In this document: piece by piece, positions 1-7,967 of the stretch
Numbering within the stretch: position 1 is the first letter of the stretch
Layout: each line of letters opens with the position of its first letter
Virus record (IMG/VR): IMGVR_UViG_3300035695_000002
Coordinates: 1-64,000 of that record
DNA length: 64,000 bases
Reading direction: 5' to 3' (one strand)
DNA from: a virus
Program-made: the position numbers and the translations under genes
Notes under the pieces: model-generated
Told to the model about the DNA's origin: nothing
Databases searched by the model: none
What the model saw: only the letters and a program-made list of their open reading frames with translations

Positions 1-94
1 AATCAACTATAATCAAACACAAATATCCCCTCACCTCCTAGATAACTAGGGAGCGAATGCTGTTGTGAAGGGCGTAAGTATTGTTTCATAAAGG

Positions 95-126
95 CAAATA
101 TATGTAAAAGGATTGACATTTCCAAA
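95..126 (-). promoter_or_regulatory. Bacteroidota sigma-A type promoter firing leftwards
   Basis: Minus strand reads TTTG-N20-TATATTTG (-33/-7 consensus TTTG..TAnnTTTG). Confidence 0.8.
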
Positions 127-129
127 TAT

Positions 130-336
130 GAATATGTAAAAGGTGGGATTTAGAATAGAGGTTTATTACAGAGGGGTTTTTAGGGGAATTAGGAAATAAA
201 AAATTTTCCAAATTTTGGGGATTTTTTATGTTAAAGAGGGAATGGTGTACCTCCAACTTCCCACCCCTCCTAAGTTTGGGGAGTTGACATCACCCCCGTA
301 GGTCGAAATTAACATAAAACAAAAATTAAAAACAAA
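130..336. other. Divergent non-coding control region (candidate origin / early promoter region)
   Basis: Transcription diverges here; G-tracts, an A/T run AAAAAATTTTCCAAATTTT and C/G-rich hairpin-like segments in an otherwise AT-rich genome. Confidence 0.45.
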
Positions 337-732
337 ATGGTAGAATTTAAGAAGTATGAGGCCAGTACAGCAGAGCTTACTGACCTTGGCACAGTTAAAG
401 CCTTAGCTGGAAAAGGTGGAAAAATAGGGCTAATTCGCAAGAATTACAAAGACCTTACAAAGAGAGTGGTAGTTGTTGTTACCAAGAAAGATGGTACTTC
501 TGCTACTGTTCCATGTAGCAAGCAGGTGAGTGATGCTTTCAGGGCAAAACAACTCTCTGTTGCACAACTTGTAGGGTTGAACATCATTGAAACAGAGGCT
601 GAAGATGGTAGCTTGCGTCAATTTATTGCAATGCCAACAACTGGTGGATTGCATGAGATTGCTGTTGATAAGGTGAATGTTGAGGCCATTGAGGCTGAAG
701 CTGTCACCAATCCTGAAGAATTGGCTTGGTAA
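337..732 (+). CDS. First early protein, possibly ssDNA-binding
   Basis: Beta-rich 131 aa with acidic C-terminus ending in an aromatic residue (EELAW); own terminator; position like the first early ssb-like gene of crAss-like phages. Confidence 0.5.
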   Translation: MVEFKKYEASTAELTDLGTVKALAGKGGKIGLIRKNYKDLTKRVVVVVTKKDGTSATVPCSKQVSDAFRAKQLSVAQLVGLNIIETEAEDGSLRQFIAMPTTGGLHEIAVDKVNVEAIEAEAVTNPEELAW

Positions 733-746
733 TTGGGGTTTAGGGG

Positions 747-774
747 AAAGAGAGCTGTAATGGCTCTCTTTTTT
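747..774 (+). terminator. Rho-independent terminator
   Basis: AAAGAGAGC-tgtaatg-GCTCTCTTT followed by T run. Confidence 0.85.
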
Positions 775-912
775 ATACACCTATATACTAACACCAAATA
801 ATATTTGGACAACATTAACTTTCCCTATATACAGAATTGTACTTTTAGGCAGTTGATACCAAATAATATTCTGTTTGTTCCATTATTAGGGTTATTTCCA
901 TACACCTATATA
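775..912 (+). repeat. Two pairs of 13-bp direct repeats
   Basis: ATACACCTATATA at 775 and 900; ACCAAATAATATT at 793 and 858. Confidence 0.7.
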
Positions 913-1018
913 TAAGGAGTAATATACTAAATAGGATAAATCTAGGAGATTGATGAGATATGACCTACAATAGCTCATTAATTACGACTAGCTCTTTAAT
1001 ATACTACTCTATTATATA

Positions 1019-1034
1019 TGTTTCACGTAGAACA
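1019..1034. promoter_or_regulatory. parS-like palindrome
   Basis: TGTTTCACGTAGAACA, one mismatch from the parS variant TGTTTCACGTGGAACA; intergenic. Confidence 0.5.
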
Positions 1035-1187
1035 TTCACTGTAATATACACTGTTTGATGTCAAAATAGTGCGAAATTAAAGAGATTTGTGTGTTTTTAT
1101 GCGATGGTGTACTACCTCACTAATACACTTCTATTCATTATCAACTATCAAAATCATCATTGTTAATCATTATAATAGCATTAATCC

Positions 1188-1385
1188 ATGAAAAAGCCTA
1201 AGAAATTATATCTCTCTAAGACTAAGAAGTTCTTATTATCCCTTCCTAAGAATAGGGTATTTTATACTTCCTTGAGATATAGAGATGACTATTATAGGCG
1301 TGGATTACATGAGCTTAAAGAACATGGTTATTTTGAGCAATTAGGTAGATTTACCTTTAAACGCACAAATAAACAATTGAATTAA
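1188..1385 (+). CDS. Hypothetical early protein
   Basis: ORF in co-oriented early cluster. Confidence 0.6.
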   Translation: MKKPKKLYLSKTKKFLLSLPKNRVFYTSLRYRDDYYRRGLHELKEHGYFEQLGRFTFKRTNKQLN

Positions 1386-1405
1386 ACACACTAAACTCTA
1401 CACTT

Positions 1406-1663
1406 ATGGACTCATACGAATTAAAGAAATTGGAAGATTGTGAGGTGCTATTGGACAGTGTTAATGTTCATGGGAATAAATGTGTTGGTTGTAAAAAGAC
1501 CAATACAAACATTATGCTAGTCCTTAAGCATGAACATCATCCAAATAGGGGAGAATTGGGCTTGGTTGAGGTATTTATGACTAAAGAGCAAGCTTTACAG
1601 ATTATTCACCTTCTCAATGAGCAGCTTATTAAGAATGGGGATATTGCTGTTTCTGTCCTATAA
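1406..1663 (+). CDS. Hypothetical early protein
   Basis: ORF with CxxC, AT-rich leader. Confidence 0.65.
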   Translation: MDSYELKKLEDCEVLLDSVNVHGNKCVGCKKTNTNIMLVLKHEHHPNRGELGLVEVFMTKEQALQIIHLLNEQLIKNGDIAVSVL

Positions 1664-1695
1664 TTATTAAACAAACATTCTAAATTCCAACATTT

Positions 1696-1854
1696 ATGAA
1701 AGCACAAGTGAAACAATTAGCAGCCTATTATGGCTGTCAATGTAGTTATTCTGGCAATAAGAGAATAATGTACATACATGGAGATAATAACAAAGAGGCT
1801 ATTGTGGCCATTAAATCACAATTAAAGCCTGAATTTCAATTGATTGAAGATTGA
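1696..1854 (+). CDS. Small hypothetical protein (52 aa, below track cutoff)
   Basis: MKAQVKQLAAYYGCQCSYSGN...; followed by hairpin. Confidence 0.6.
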   Translation: MKAQVKQLAAYYGCQCSYSGNKRIMYIHGDNNKEAIVAIKSQLKPEFQLIED

Positions 1855-1858
1855 TATT

Positions 1859-1890
1859 AGGCAATAAGCTATTGGTTTAGCTTATTGTCT
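1859..1890 (+). terminator. Hairpin / possible terminator
   Basis: AGGCAATAAGCTA-ttggtt-TAGCTTATTGTCT. Confidence 0.6.
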
Positions 1891-1898
1891 CTAAATAA

Positions 1899-1989
1899 CT
1901 AGGTGTTCGATGAAGTATTATGGATTCGCATGTGTTGGTGAGGATTACATCCTACTATTACCTTGCGTTGTAATATGGAGAACACCTAG
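1899..1989 (+). ncRNA. Candidate structured RNA with kink-turn
   Basis: 10-bp closing stem CTAGGTGTTC/GAACACCTAG, K-turn pattern C-GAT-GAA...GGA-G, nested stems. Confidence 0.6.
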
Positions 1990-2037
1990 ATTATTGTTTT
2001 TAAACACATTTATACACACATCTTTATAGCATTTAAT

Positions 2038-2265
2038 ATGAAAAACATACATAATCCTAATAATGTGAGAGTGGGAGACACTGTAATATTGGATAAGACA
2101 TTCAATAATATGAGTAAAGTGGTGATATTAGGAATGACTGATAAAGAGGTGTATTCCACTGTATATGATGCTGAAGACCCAGAATTAAGTAAATCTCTTC
2201 CCAATTGGAATAATGTGCTTACATGGGATGTAATGACATACAGACTATCACAAATCAAATCATAA
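2038..2265 (+). CDS. Hypothetical protein
   Basis: ORF with VGDTV KOW/SH3-like start. Confidence 0.65.
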   Translation: MKNIHNPNNVRVGDTVILDKTFNNMSKVVILGMTDKEVYSTVYDAEDPELSKSLPNWNNVLTWDVMTYRLSQIKS

Positions 2266-2289
2266 TCACATTTTAAACCTCTAAATACA

Positions 2290-2490
2290 ATGAAAATATA
2301 TACAATGCCTGTAATATGCTCCATTTGTGGAGGAGAAGGTGCCGCAACTCCTAGAGATGCTGCTAGTGAATGGTTGGGAGTTGAATTAGTACATTCAGAT
2401 CCAAGAGTTTGTAGAGATAATCTAAAAGCTCAAATAGAGAAAGAAAAAAGAGAAGAGTTAAATAAGGGTAAATTTAAGCTTTCTATATGA
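2290..2490 (+). CDS. Hypothetical protein, possible Zn-binding
   Basis: CxxC...H...C. Confidence 0.65.
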   Translation: MKIYTMPVICSICGGEGAATPRDAASEWLGVELVHSDPRVCRDNLKAQIEKEKREELNKGKFKLSI

Positions 2491-2641
2491 AACCAGAAGC
2501 TATTATTCGTATATATTGGCATAAATGTGACTATAATGTTACATGTGTCCAATTGAAGCCTATGAACATGCAGGCTTATTATCTCCTATTAAGGCATAGA
2601 GCTGATAGACTTATTCATCAACCTGTTTAAACACCAATAAC

Positions 2642-2884
2642 ATGAAAATTTTAACAATAGCTAGAATTGTGGTTGTTTGCTTGTTGCTATTCTGCATAGG
2701 AATGGCAATATATGCTTTTAATGTTCCTGTAGAGCAAGATTGGAGGATTGTTCCTGCTTTGATTGGAACAGTTATCATACTTATCATACCGTTAGGAGCA
2801 TGTGTATACTTGTTCTTTATAATATGTGGAGCAATCGTGTGGTTTATAGAATGGTTGATAACAGGAAAATCTGAAATATTCTAA
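2642..2884 (+). CDS. Small membrane protein
   Basis: Two to three hydrophobic segments. Confidence 0.65.
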   Translation: MKILTIARIVVVCLLLFCIGMAIYAFNVPVEQDWRIVPALIGTVIILIIPLGACVYLFFIICGAIVWFIEWLITGKSEIF

Positions 2885-2885
2885 T

Positions 2886-3038
2886 ATGAGAAAATTAGCA
2901 TTTATTATTGTAATAATGCTCCTAATGATGTCATGTGGAGCTATTAAGAATATGCCTCAAAGGGATAAAAATGCCTATAAAATATCATTTGTTGTAGGTT
3001 TTGGGCTAGAAAGAGAATATCACTTCATTAAACACTAA
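2886..3038 (+). CDS. Small putative lipoprotein
   Basis: MRKLAFIIVIMLLMMSC signal ending in lipobox-like Cys. Confidence 0.5.
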   Translation: MRKLAFIIVIMLLMMSCGAIKNMPQRDKNAYKISFVVGFGLEREYHFIKH

Positions 3039-3261
3039 TACTATGAAAAAGCATAAATTAGCTATTCTAAAGGAAATATACAAAGAAGTGGTGAAGCATG
3101 GAGATGTTTCCAAGGCTTTTACATTAAGGCAACAGTTAGTAGAACAGTTAAAATAAACATGGAATAGGGTTTTATTATCATCACTAAGACTATTCAATTA
3201 GACACTCCTGATGGTATTTATAAAGCTCTATTCCTATTCAAATCTTAAAAGTAAACATTTT

Positions 3262-3930
3262 ATGACACTTAAAAGAATAACAGTAGTTATGCTTCCTACT
3301 AATGAAAAAACAAATTTGTTCATAGATAAAGGACAATTATTATATTTCCCAGATCATAAAAGAAGTTATGTTGAATGGAAAGATGTTCAATATCAACATC
3401 TTTATTTCCTTTCAGATGAAGAAATAAAAGAAGGAGATTGGTATATCTGGTGGACTATAGGTACTTCTGTTCAGTTTGGAACTGTAATACAAGCAAAAAA
3501 CGGAATGTTAGCTAAAGCAGCTAGAGCTAAAATCATAGCTACAACAGATAGTTCATTACAAGACTTTAATTTTGATCCAGAAAAGAAATTGGGTAATTAT
3601 TTACCTCAACCTTCTCAATCATTTCTTGAAGTATTTGTAAAAGAATACAATAAAGGAAATGTGATTAAAGAAGTGATGGTAGAGTATGAGGAAGTAAGAG
3701 AAATTAGAATTACAAACGACCATGATGGACAATATGATAATGATTGCTTAGTAGGATATTCCCCCAAAATCAATCTCAAAGACAATGCTATTACAATAAA
3801 GAGAGTAAAGGATAGTTAGACACGAGAGAAAGTGATTGAATTAATAAAGAGATGGAGTGAAGAGTCTAAAACTCCTTATTCTTTTGCCGATGTACACGGA
3901 ATTGATGAATGGATTGAACAAAATCTTTAA
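3262..3930 (+). CDS. Conserved phage protein interrupted by in-frame TAG at 3817-3819
   Basis: EIKEGDW..KIIATTD..LPQPSQSF family; frame continues after TAG as TREKVIELIK...DEWIEQNL*. Confidence 0.65.
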
Positions 3931-3955
3931 AACAACAACAAAAACCAATAAAACA

Positions 3956-4084
3956 ATGAAAACAACAAGAATAGTATTATTATTCCTTGTATTAGGACTA
4001 ATAGCATTGCTTTCTTCATGTAGCGAACATACATGTCCTACATATTCAGGAAGCACTCCTCATCATAACAATGTGTGGAGATAG
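3956..4084 (+). CDS. Small lipoprotein
   Basis: MKTTRIVLLFLVLGLIALLSSC lipobox, then CPTY. Confidence 0.7.
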   Translation: MKTTRIVLLFLVLGLIALLSSCSEHTCPTYSGSTPHHNNVWR

Positions 4085-4094
4085 TTAATAAATA

Positions 4095-4180
4095 GAGAAA
4101 ATAGATAGTGAGCGAAAACACTTGAGGTTGAGTAATATGAGGTAATACTTATACAACTAGTCGAGGAGACCTATTTTCCC
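4095..4180 (+). ncRNA. Candidate structured RNA
   Basis: Closing stem GAAAATAG/CTATTTTC with nested GTG/CAC, GTTG/CAAC and TATGAG/CTTATA stems. Confidence 0.5.
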
Positions 4181-4209
4181 TGTTTTACACATTTAAATCC
4201 TTAAATAAT

Positions 4210-4389
4210 ATGAAGACATATCCTCTAACAGAACTAATTAAATTCAGACCCAATCAGAAATTCCTCTATAATGAGAAAATATACACTATTTACACTCATG
4301 AAGGGAATATGGTGGAGGTATTTGATGGTGGTAAGTTCTGGGCTTGGCCTAATTGGGCTAAAGTGATTCCTGTAACATTTGATAACTAA
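4210..4389 (+). CDS. Small hypothetical protein (59 aa)
   Basis: MKTYPLTELIKF...WAWPNW. Confidence 0.6.
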   Translation: MKTYPLTELIKFRPNQKFLYNEKIYTIYTHEGNMVEVFDGGKFWAWPNWAKVIPVTFDN

Positions 4390-4400
4390 ACATTAAAATT

Positions 4401-4625
4401 ATGTTTAAAATAGGAGAAAAAATAATTGCTTTAATATCTCAAACAGACGAAGAGCAGCAAATATTTGAATGTTATTGTGGACAAGAGCACCCTCATAGAG
4501 GAAAATGGTGGAGTCACAGTAAGAAATTTGCTAAAATAGACGAATCCTCACTAGAAGAAGCTATAGAACAAGAAAATTATGAATTAGCATCAATTTTAAG
4601 AGACAATTTAAAACAATTAAAATAA
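4401..4625 (+). CDS. UVR (UvrB/C motif) domain protein
   Basis: C-terminal LEEAIEQENYELASILRD. Confidence 0.7.
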   Translation: MFKIGEKIIALISQTDEEQQIFECYCGQEHPHRGKWWSHSKKFAKIDESSLEEAIEQENYELASILRDNLKQLK

Positions 4626-4822
4626 TGGAAACTCATCCTTTTTACAAATACCGGAGAGAAGACTGCTCTGAAGCATATAGCTACAATCAGCTAATGGAAA
4701 TGGTGACAAAAATTGATTTTGGCTCTATGAGGAGAAAAACTCCTCAAGAAAAGCTAGAATTGAAGAATAGGATGGTAAACTATCCTAATAAGAGACATTG
4801 TCCTGTTCCTCCTAACAACTAA
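4625..4822 (+). CDS. Hypothetical protein
   Basis: Translationally coupled ORF. Confidence 0.6.
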   Translation: METHPFYKYRREDCSEAYSYNQLMEMVTKIDFGSMRRKTPQEKLELKNRMVNYPNKRHCPVPPNN

Positions 4823-4838
4823 TCATTAAAATCATTAG

Positions 4839-4867
4839 AAAATGGGTATTAACACTACCCATTTTTC
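4839..4867 (+). terminator. Rho-independent terminator
   Basis: AAAATGGGTA-ttaacac-TACCCATTTTT. Confidence 0.7.
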
Positions 4868-4897
4868 ATTAAATTTAAAGAATAAACCCACCAAATT

Positions 4898-5362
4898 ATG
4901 GATATTCGTGTAAAATGCGATAGACCTGGCTATCCTTTAGGAAGGAATATGAAGGGTGCTATGAAGACAATAGATGCTTATATAGCAGCTTTCAGTAAAT
5001 TGGGGTATGACACACATAAAGGAATTAACTTATGGTGTAGAGGCTCTAGTGGGGCTATATTGGCTGGTATGTTTGCTGTTAAATGTCAATATGAATGTAA
5101 AATATGTCATATTAAGAAAGATAATGAAAGTTCTCATAGTGGTAATTGGCAATCTTATGATGATAGGAATATTAATGTTATAATAGATGATTTTGTATCA
5201 TTCGGGCATACATTAATGGCTATTGTTGCTCATATTGAGAATATTAACAGGGAACATGCAGAACAACTTACATTTGATGTCTTAATGATATTAGATTGGG
5301 AAAATGCTCCTGAGACTACAGTAGACCAATTTACACACAGAATAGGAACTAGAATACATTAA
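4898..5362 (+). CDS. Type I phosphoribosyltransferase-fold protein (copy 1)
   Basis: RGSSGAILAG loop and PRPP-binding motif VIIDDFVSFGHT. Confidence 0.75.
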   Translation: MDIRVKCDRPGYPLGRNMKGAMKTIDAYIAAFSKLGYDTHKGINLWCRGSSGAILAGMFAVKCQYECKICHIKKDNESSHSGNWQSYDDRNINVIIDDFVSFGHTLMAIVAHIENINREHAEQLTFDVLMILDWENAPETTVDQFTHRIGTRIH

Positions 5363-5373
5363 ACATTACAATT

Positions 5374-5643
5374 ATGCAACAAGTATTATGTATAGAAACT
5401 GGCAGAGGACCAGCAAGAAAAAAGCCAATTAAAGGGAATATTTATAATTCTAAAGGGATATTCCAACAAAAAATATTCTACAAAGGAGTGGATGCATGGC
5501 ACTCCTTAGAAGAAATGATTCCTGGAGATATGGCTCATGTGTGTTTATTTATTGATCTCCCTTCTCAGGAAGGACAATCATTCAAAAAAGAAGAAACTGT
5601 GGAAATACCACAAGAATTAAAACCATTTTACTCACAAAGATGA
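5374..5643 (+). CDS. Hypothetical protein
   Basis: ORF in early cluster. Confidence 0.6.
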   Translation: MQQVLCIETGRGPARKKPIKGNIYNSKGIFQQKIFYKGVDAWHSLEEMIPGDMAHVCLFIDLPSQEGQSFKKEETVEIPQELKPFYSQR

Positions 5644-5934
5644 AAAGATATACTGTACAGCAAATAAGGAAATACATAGAATCATGTGATTCTTTAGGAG
5701 ATGTTCTTTATCTTTGTGCCTTCAGAGCACATAAGATTTCTATTATTTACATTGTAAATTAACTTAAAATATATGAAAACATTCATTAAATGTGCTTCTG
5801 TATTAAGAATAGCTCTTACACGCTCCTCAAGAAAGGAGAGAAGGAGAAAAGTGTGCGAAACCTTGGAGGAATATGTTAGAATACATGAACCTTATGGTAA
5901 TTTAGAATATTGTTTCGTTTAAAACATTCATGCT

Positions 5935-6105
5935 TAACGTGAATATCTGTGGAATTCAGAGCCTATATTTGAGTGAGGAACAAGATAGACCTAATATAGC
6001 AGACTAGGAGACCCTCCAGGCTATAATGGGTAGAAGTTCGACAGAGATGTCGATAGAATTAACTCTTAAGTCCTAATTGTGTATATAGTGAGTGAAAGTC
6101 TCTTT
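5935..6105 (+). ncRNA. Candidate multi-stem structured RNA
   Basis: TCGACA-GAGA-TGTCGA GNRA hairpin plus ACCC/GGGT, GACT/AGTC and CTATAT/ATATAG stems in an ORF-free gap. Confidence 0.5.
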
Positions 6106-6131
6106 TTATTTAATTTTAACCCTCTAAATTA

Positions 6132-6653
6132 ATGAAAATTCATACATTTGAAGAAATAAGTAGTTCCATATATCCTGTAGGGGAGAATATGGACATTGCT
6201 AAAGAATTTATAAGGAAAGCTATTCCTGTTTTAAAACCTCTCATTAAGAACAAATTAGTGAATATTTGGGTGAGAGGTAGTTCTGGAGCTATATTGGGAG
6301 GACTGTTAGTAGGAAAACTTACCAATGACTGTATTATATTCCATGTAAAGAAAGAGGGAGAAGATAGTCATCATGGTAATGATTTCTCTAATTGGTATAG
6401 TAGAAAACAAGGAATTAACATTATTTTAGATGATTTCATTCAAACAGGAAAGACAGTAAATGCTATTTGGGAAGAAATGAAAGCAAGAAAAGCTAAAGTA
6501 CATATACTCTTAGTTGTAAACAATAAAAGAGATATATGGTTTGCTGATTTTGTGCCCACACATTTAATCTCTGAAAAAGGAGATGCTCAACCAGGATGGA
6601 ATAAATTGGGTGTAAAGAAGAAAGAAACAATACAGGTAGATATAGACTTTTAA
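6132..6653 (+). CDS. Type I phosphoribosyltransferase-fold protein (copy 2)
   Basis: WVRGSSGAILGG and IILDDFIQTGKT; paralog of 4898..5362. Confidence 0.75.
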   Translation: MKIHTFEEISSSIYPVGENMDIAKEFIRKAIPVLKPLIKNKLVNIWVRGSSGAILGGLLVGKLTNDCIIFHVKKEGEDSHHGNDFSNWYSRKQGINIILDDFIQTGKTVNAIWEEMKARKAKVHILLVVNNKRDIWFADFVPTHLISEKGDAQPGWNKLGVKKKETIQVDIDF

Positions 6654-6774
6654 AACAATTGAATAAAACAATAAAAATTATGAAAACACAAACACATATA
6701 CTATGTGGAATAATGTTCCTCATAGACCTTTTAATAATTGTAATTGGTAATTGATTAAAAAACATGGACATATT

Positions 6775-7068
6775 ATGAAAACTATAATCATTTTAGTTAT
6801 TGTATTGTGTTCATGTAATACTCCTCAGCCTATTGTTTATTATAAGGAACCTAGAATAAAAATTGTAGAGAGCGGTATTCACCGTCATGGTAGAATGCCC
6901 TCTCCACATTATATTCCTAATAGGGATGAGGAAATGAGTCATTATTTAATAACTAAATACGACTTGTTTTACAGAAATAAACACGCTGAAAAAGGTACAA
7001 AAGCTCATAATTCAGCATGGAGCTGGCTTATAACATATTTATTAACAGTTTTGATTATATCAATATGA
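6775..7068 (+). CDS. Putative lipoprotein
   Basis: MKTIIILVIVLCSC signal; hydrophobic C-terminus. Confidence 0.55.
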   Translation: MKTIIILVIVLCSCNTPQPIVYYKEPRIKIVESGIHRHGRMPSPHYIPNRDEEMSHYLITKYDLFYRNKHAEKGTKAHNSAWSWLITYLLTVLIISI

Positions 7069-7219
7069 TAACATTAAAAGAAAAGAAGGAATTCCTTAAT
7101 TTCTTAATAGGAATCAGCACTCTTACAACAGACGAAAAGAAGATTCTCAGAGCTATTAAAAAAGATGTTATAGCTTGGAATAAACCATTAAAACTTCCTA
7201 AACCAGATAAAATAACAAA

Positions 7220-7429
7220 ATGAAAACACATGTAAAAGTAATATATTCTCTATGTATCTTAATGATGATAGCGGGGCTTTTATTAACATGGTTAGGAGCC
7301 ATGTTCTCTAATAGTGAGCTATTAGGATGGGCAGGAGTATCCTTTCTATCATCAATAATTCTCTTTATAATAGGAGATATAGAACAATATAAAGAACCAC
7401 CTAAAGACAATAATCCCTATAGTTTATGA
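7220..7429 (+). CDS. Small two-TM membrane protein
   Basis: Two hydrophobic helices. Confidence 0.6.
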   Translation: MKTHVKVIYSLCILMMIAGLLLTWLGAMFSNSELLGWAGVSFLSSIILFIIGDIEQYKEPPKDNNPYSL

Positions 7430-7611
7430 GAATAGTAACGATTTTAGGATATATAATACTAATCATTAGTGGTATATCTTTATTTATATGTGCTTTTTGG
7501 GCTATTTGGGGAAATTCTCCAGAGCTAATGCTCAAATTTAGCATAACATTTCTTATATGCTCTGTAATAGGATTTATACTCTCACAACTTGAAGAACTAC
7601 TATCATCATGA
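7426..7611 (+). CDS. Small two-TM membrane protein
   Basis: Two hydrophobic helices, similar layout to upstream gene. Confidence 0.6.
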   Translation: MRIVTILGYIILIISGISLFICAFWAIWGNSPELMLKFSITFLICSVIGFILSQLEELLSS

Positions 7612-7967
7612 AAAAAATAATTAATTTCATCAATAGAACAAGAGAACAACTCTGTTTAGCCCTATATACTTTAAAAATGAGGTATAAGAAGGTACTCATA
7701 CATTTCCATTATTACAATGGATGGTGGTGGGGATGGTTTGAAGTGGAAAAACGAATAAATAAACTAAAAACTATATAGAATGAGACTAAAATCTATAAGA
7801 AACAAGAAAACCTCTATGAAAAAGGGGAGTAAGAAGGTGTTAGCTAGGAAGCCTCATCGTTCGTATGAGAAGGTATTTAGGACAGATAAACCTCCTTTTA
7901 AAGAGGTCTATATTGTGGATGACTTTTGCTATCAACCGAGTTTTAAATCAGTTAAAACATAGAAATT

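Noticed and set aside
1899-1989. c-di-GMP-II or SAM-I riboswitch
   Set aside because: Only the K-turn matches; pseudoknot and ligand-binding nucleotides are missing
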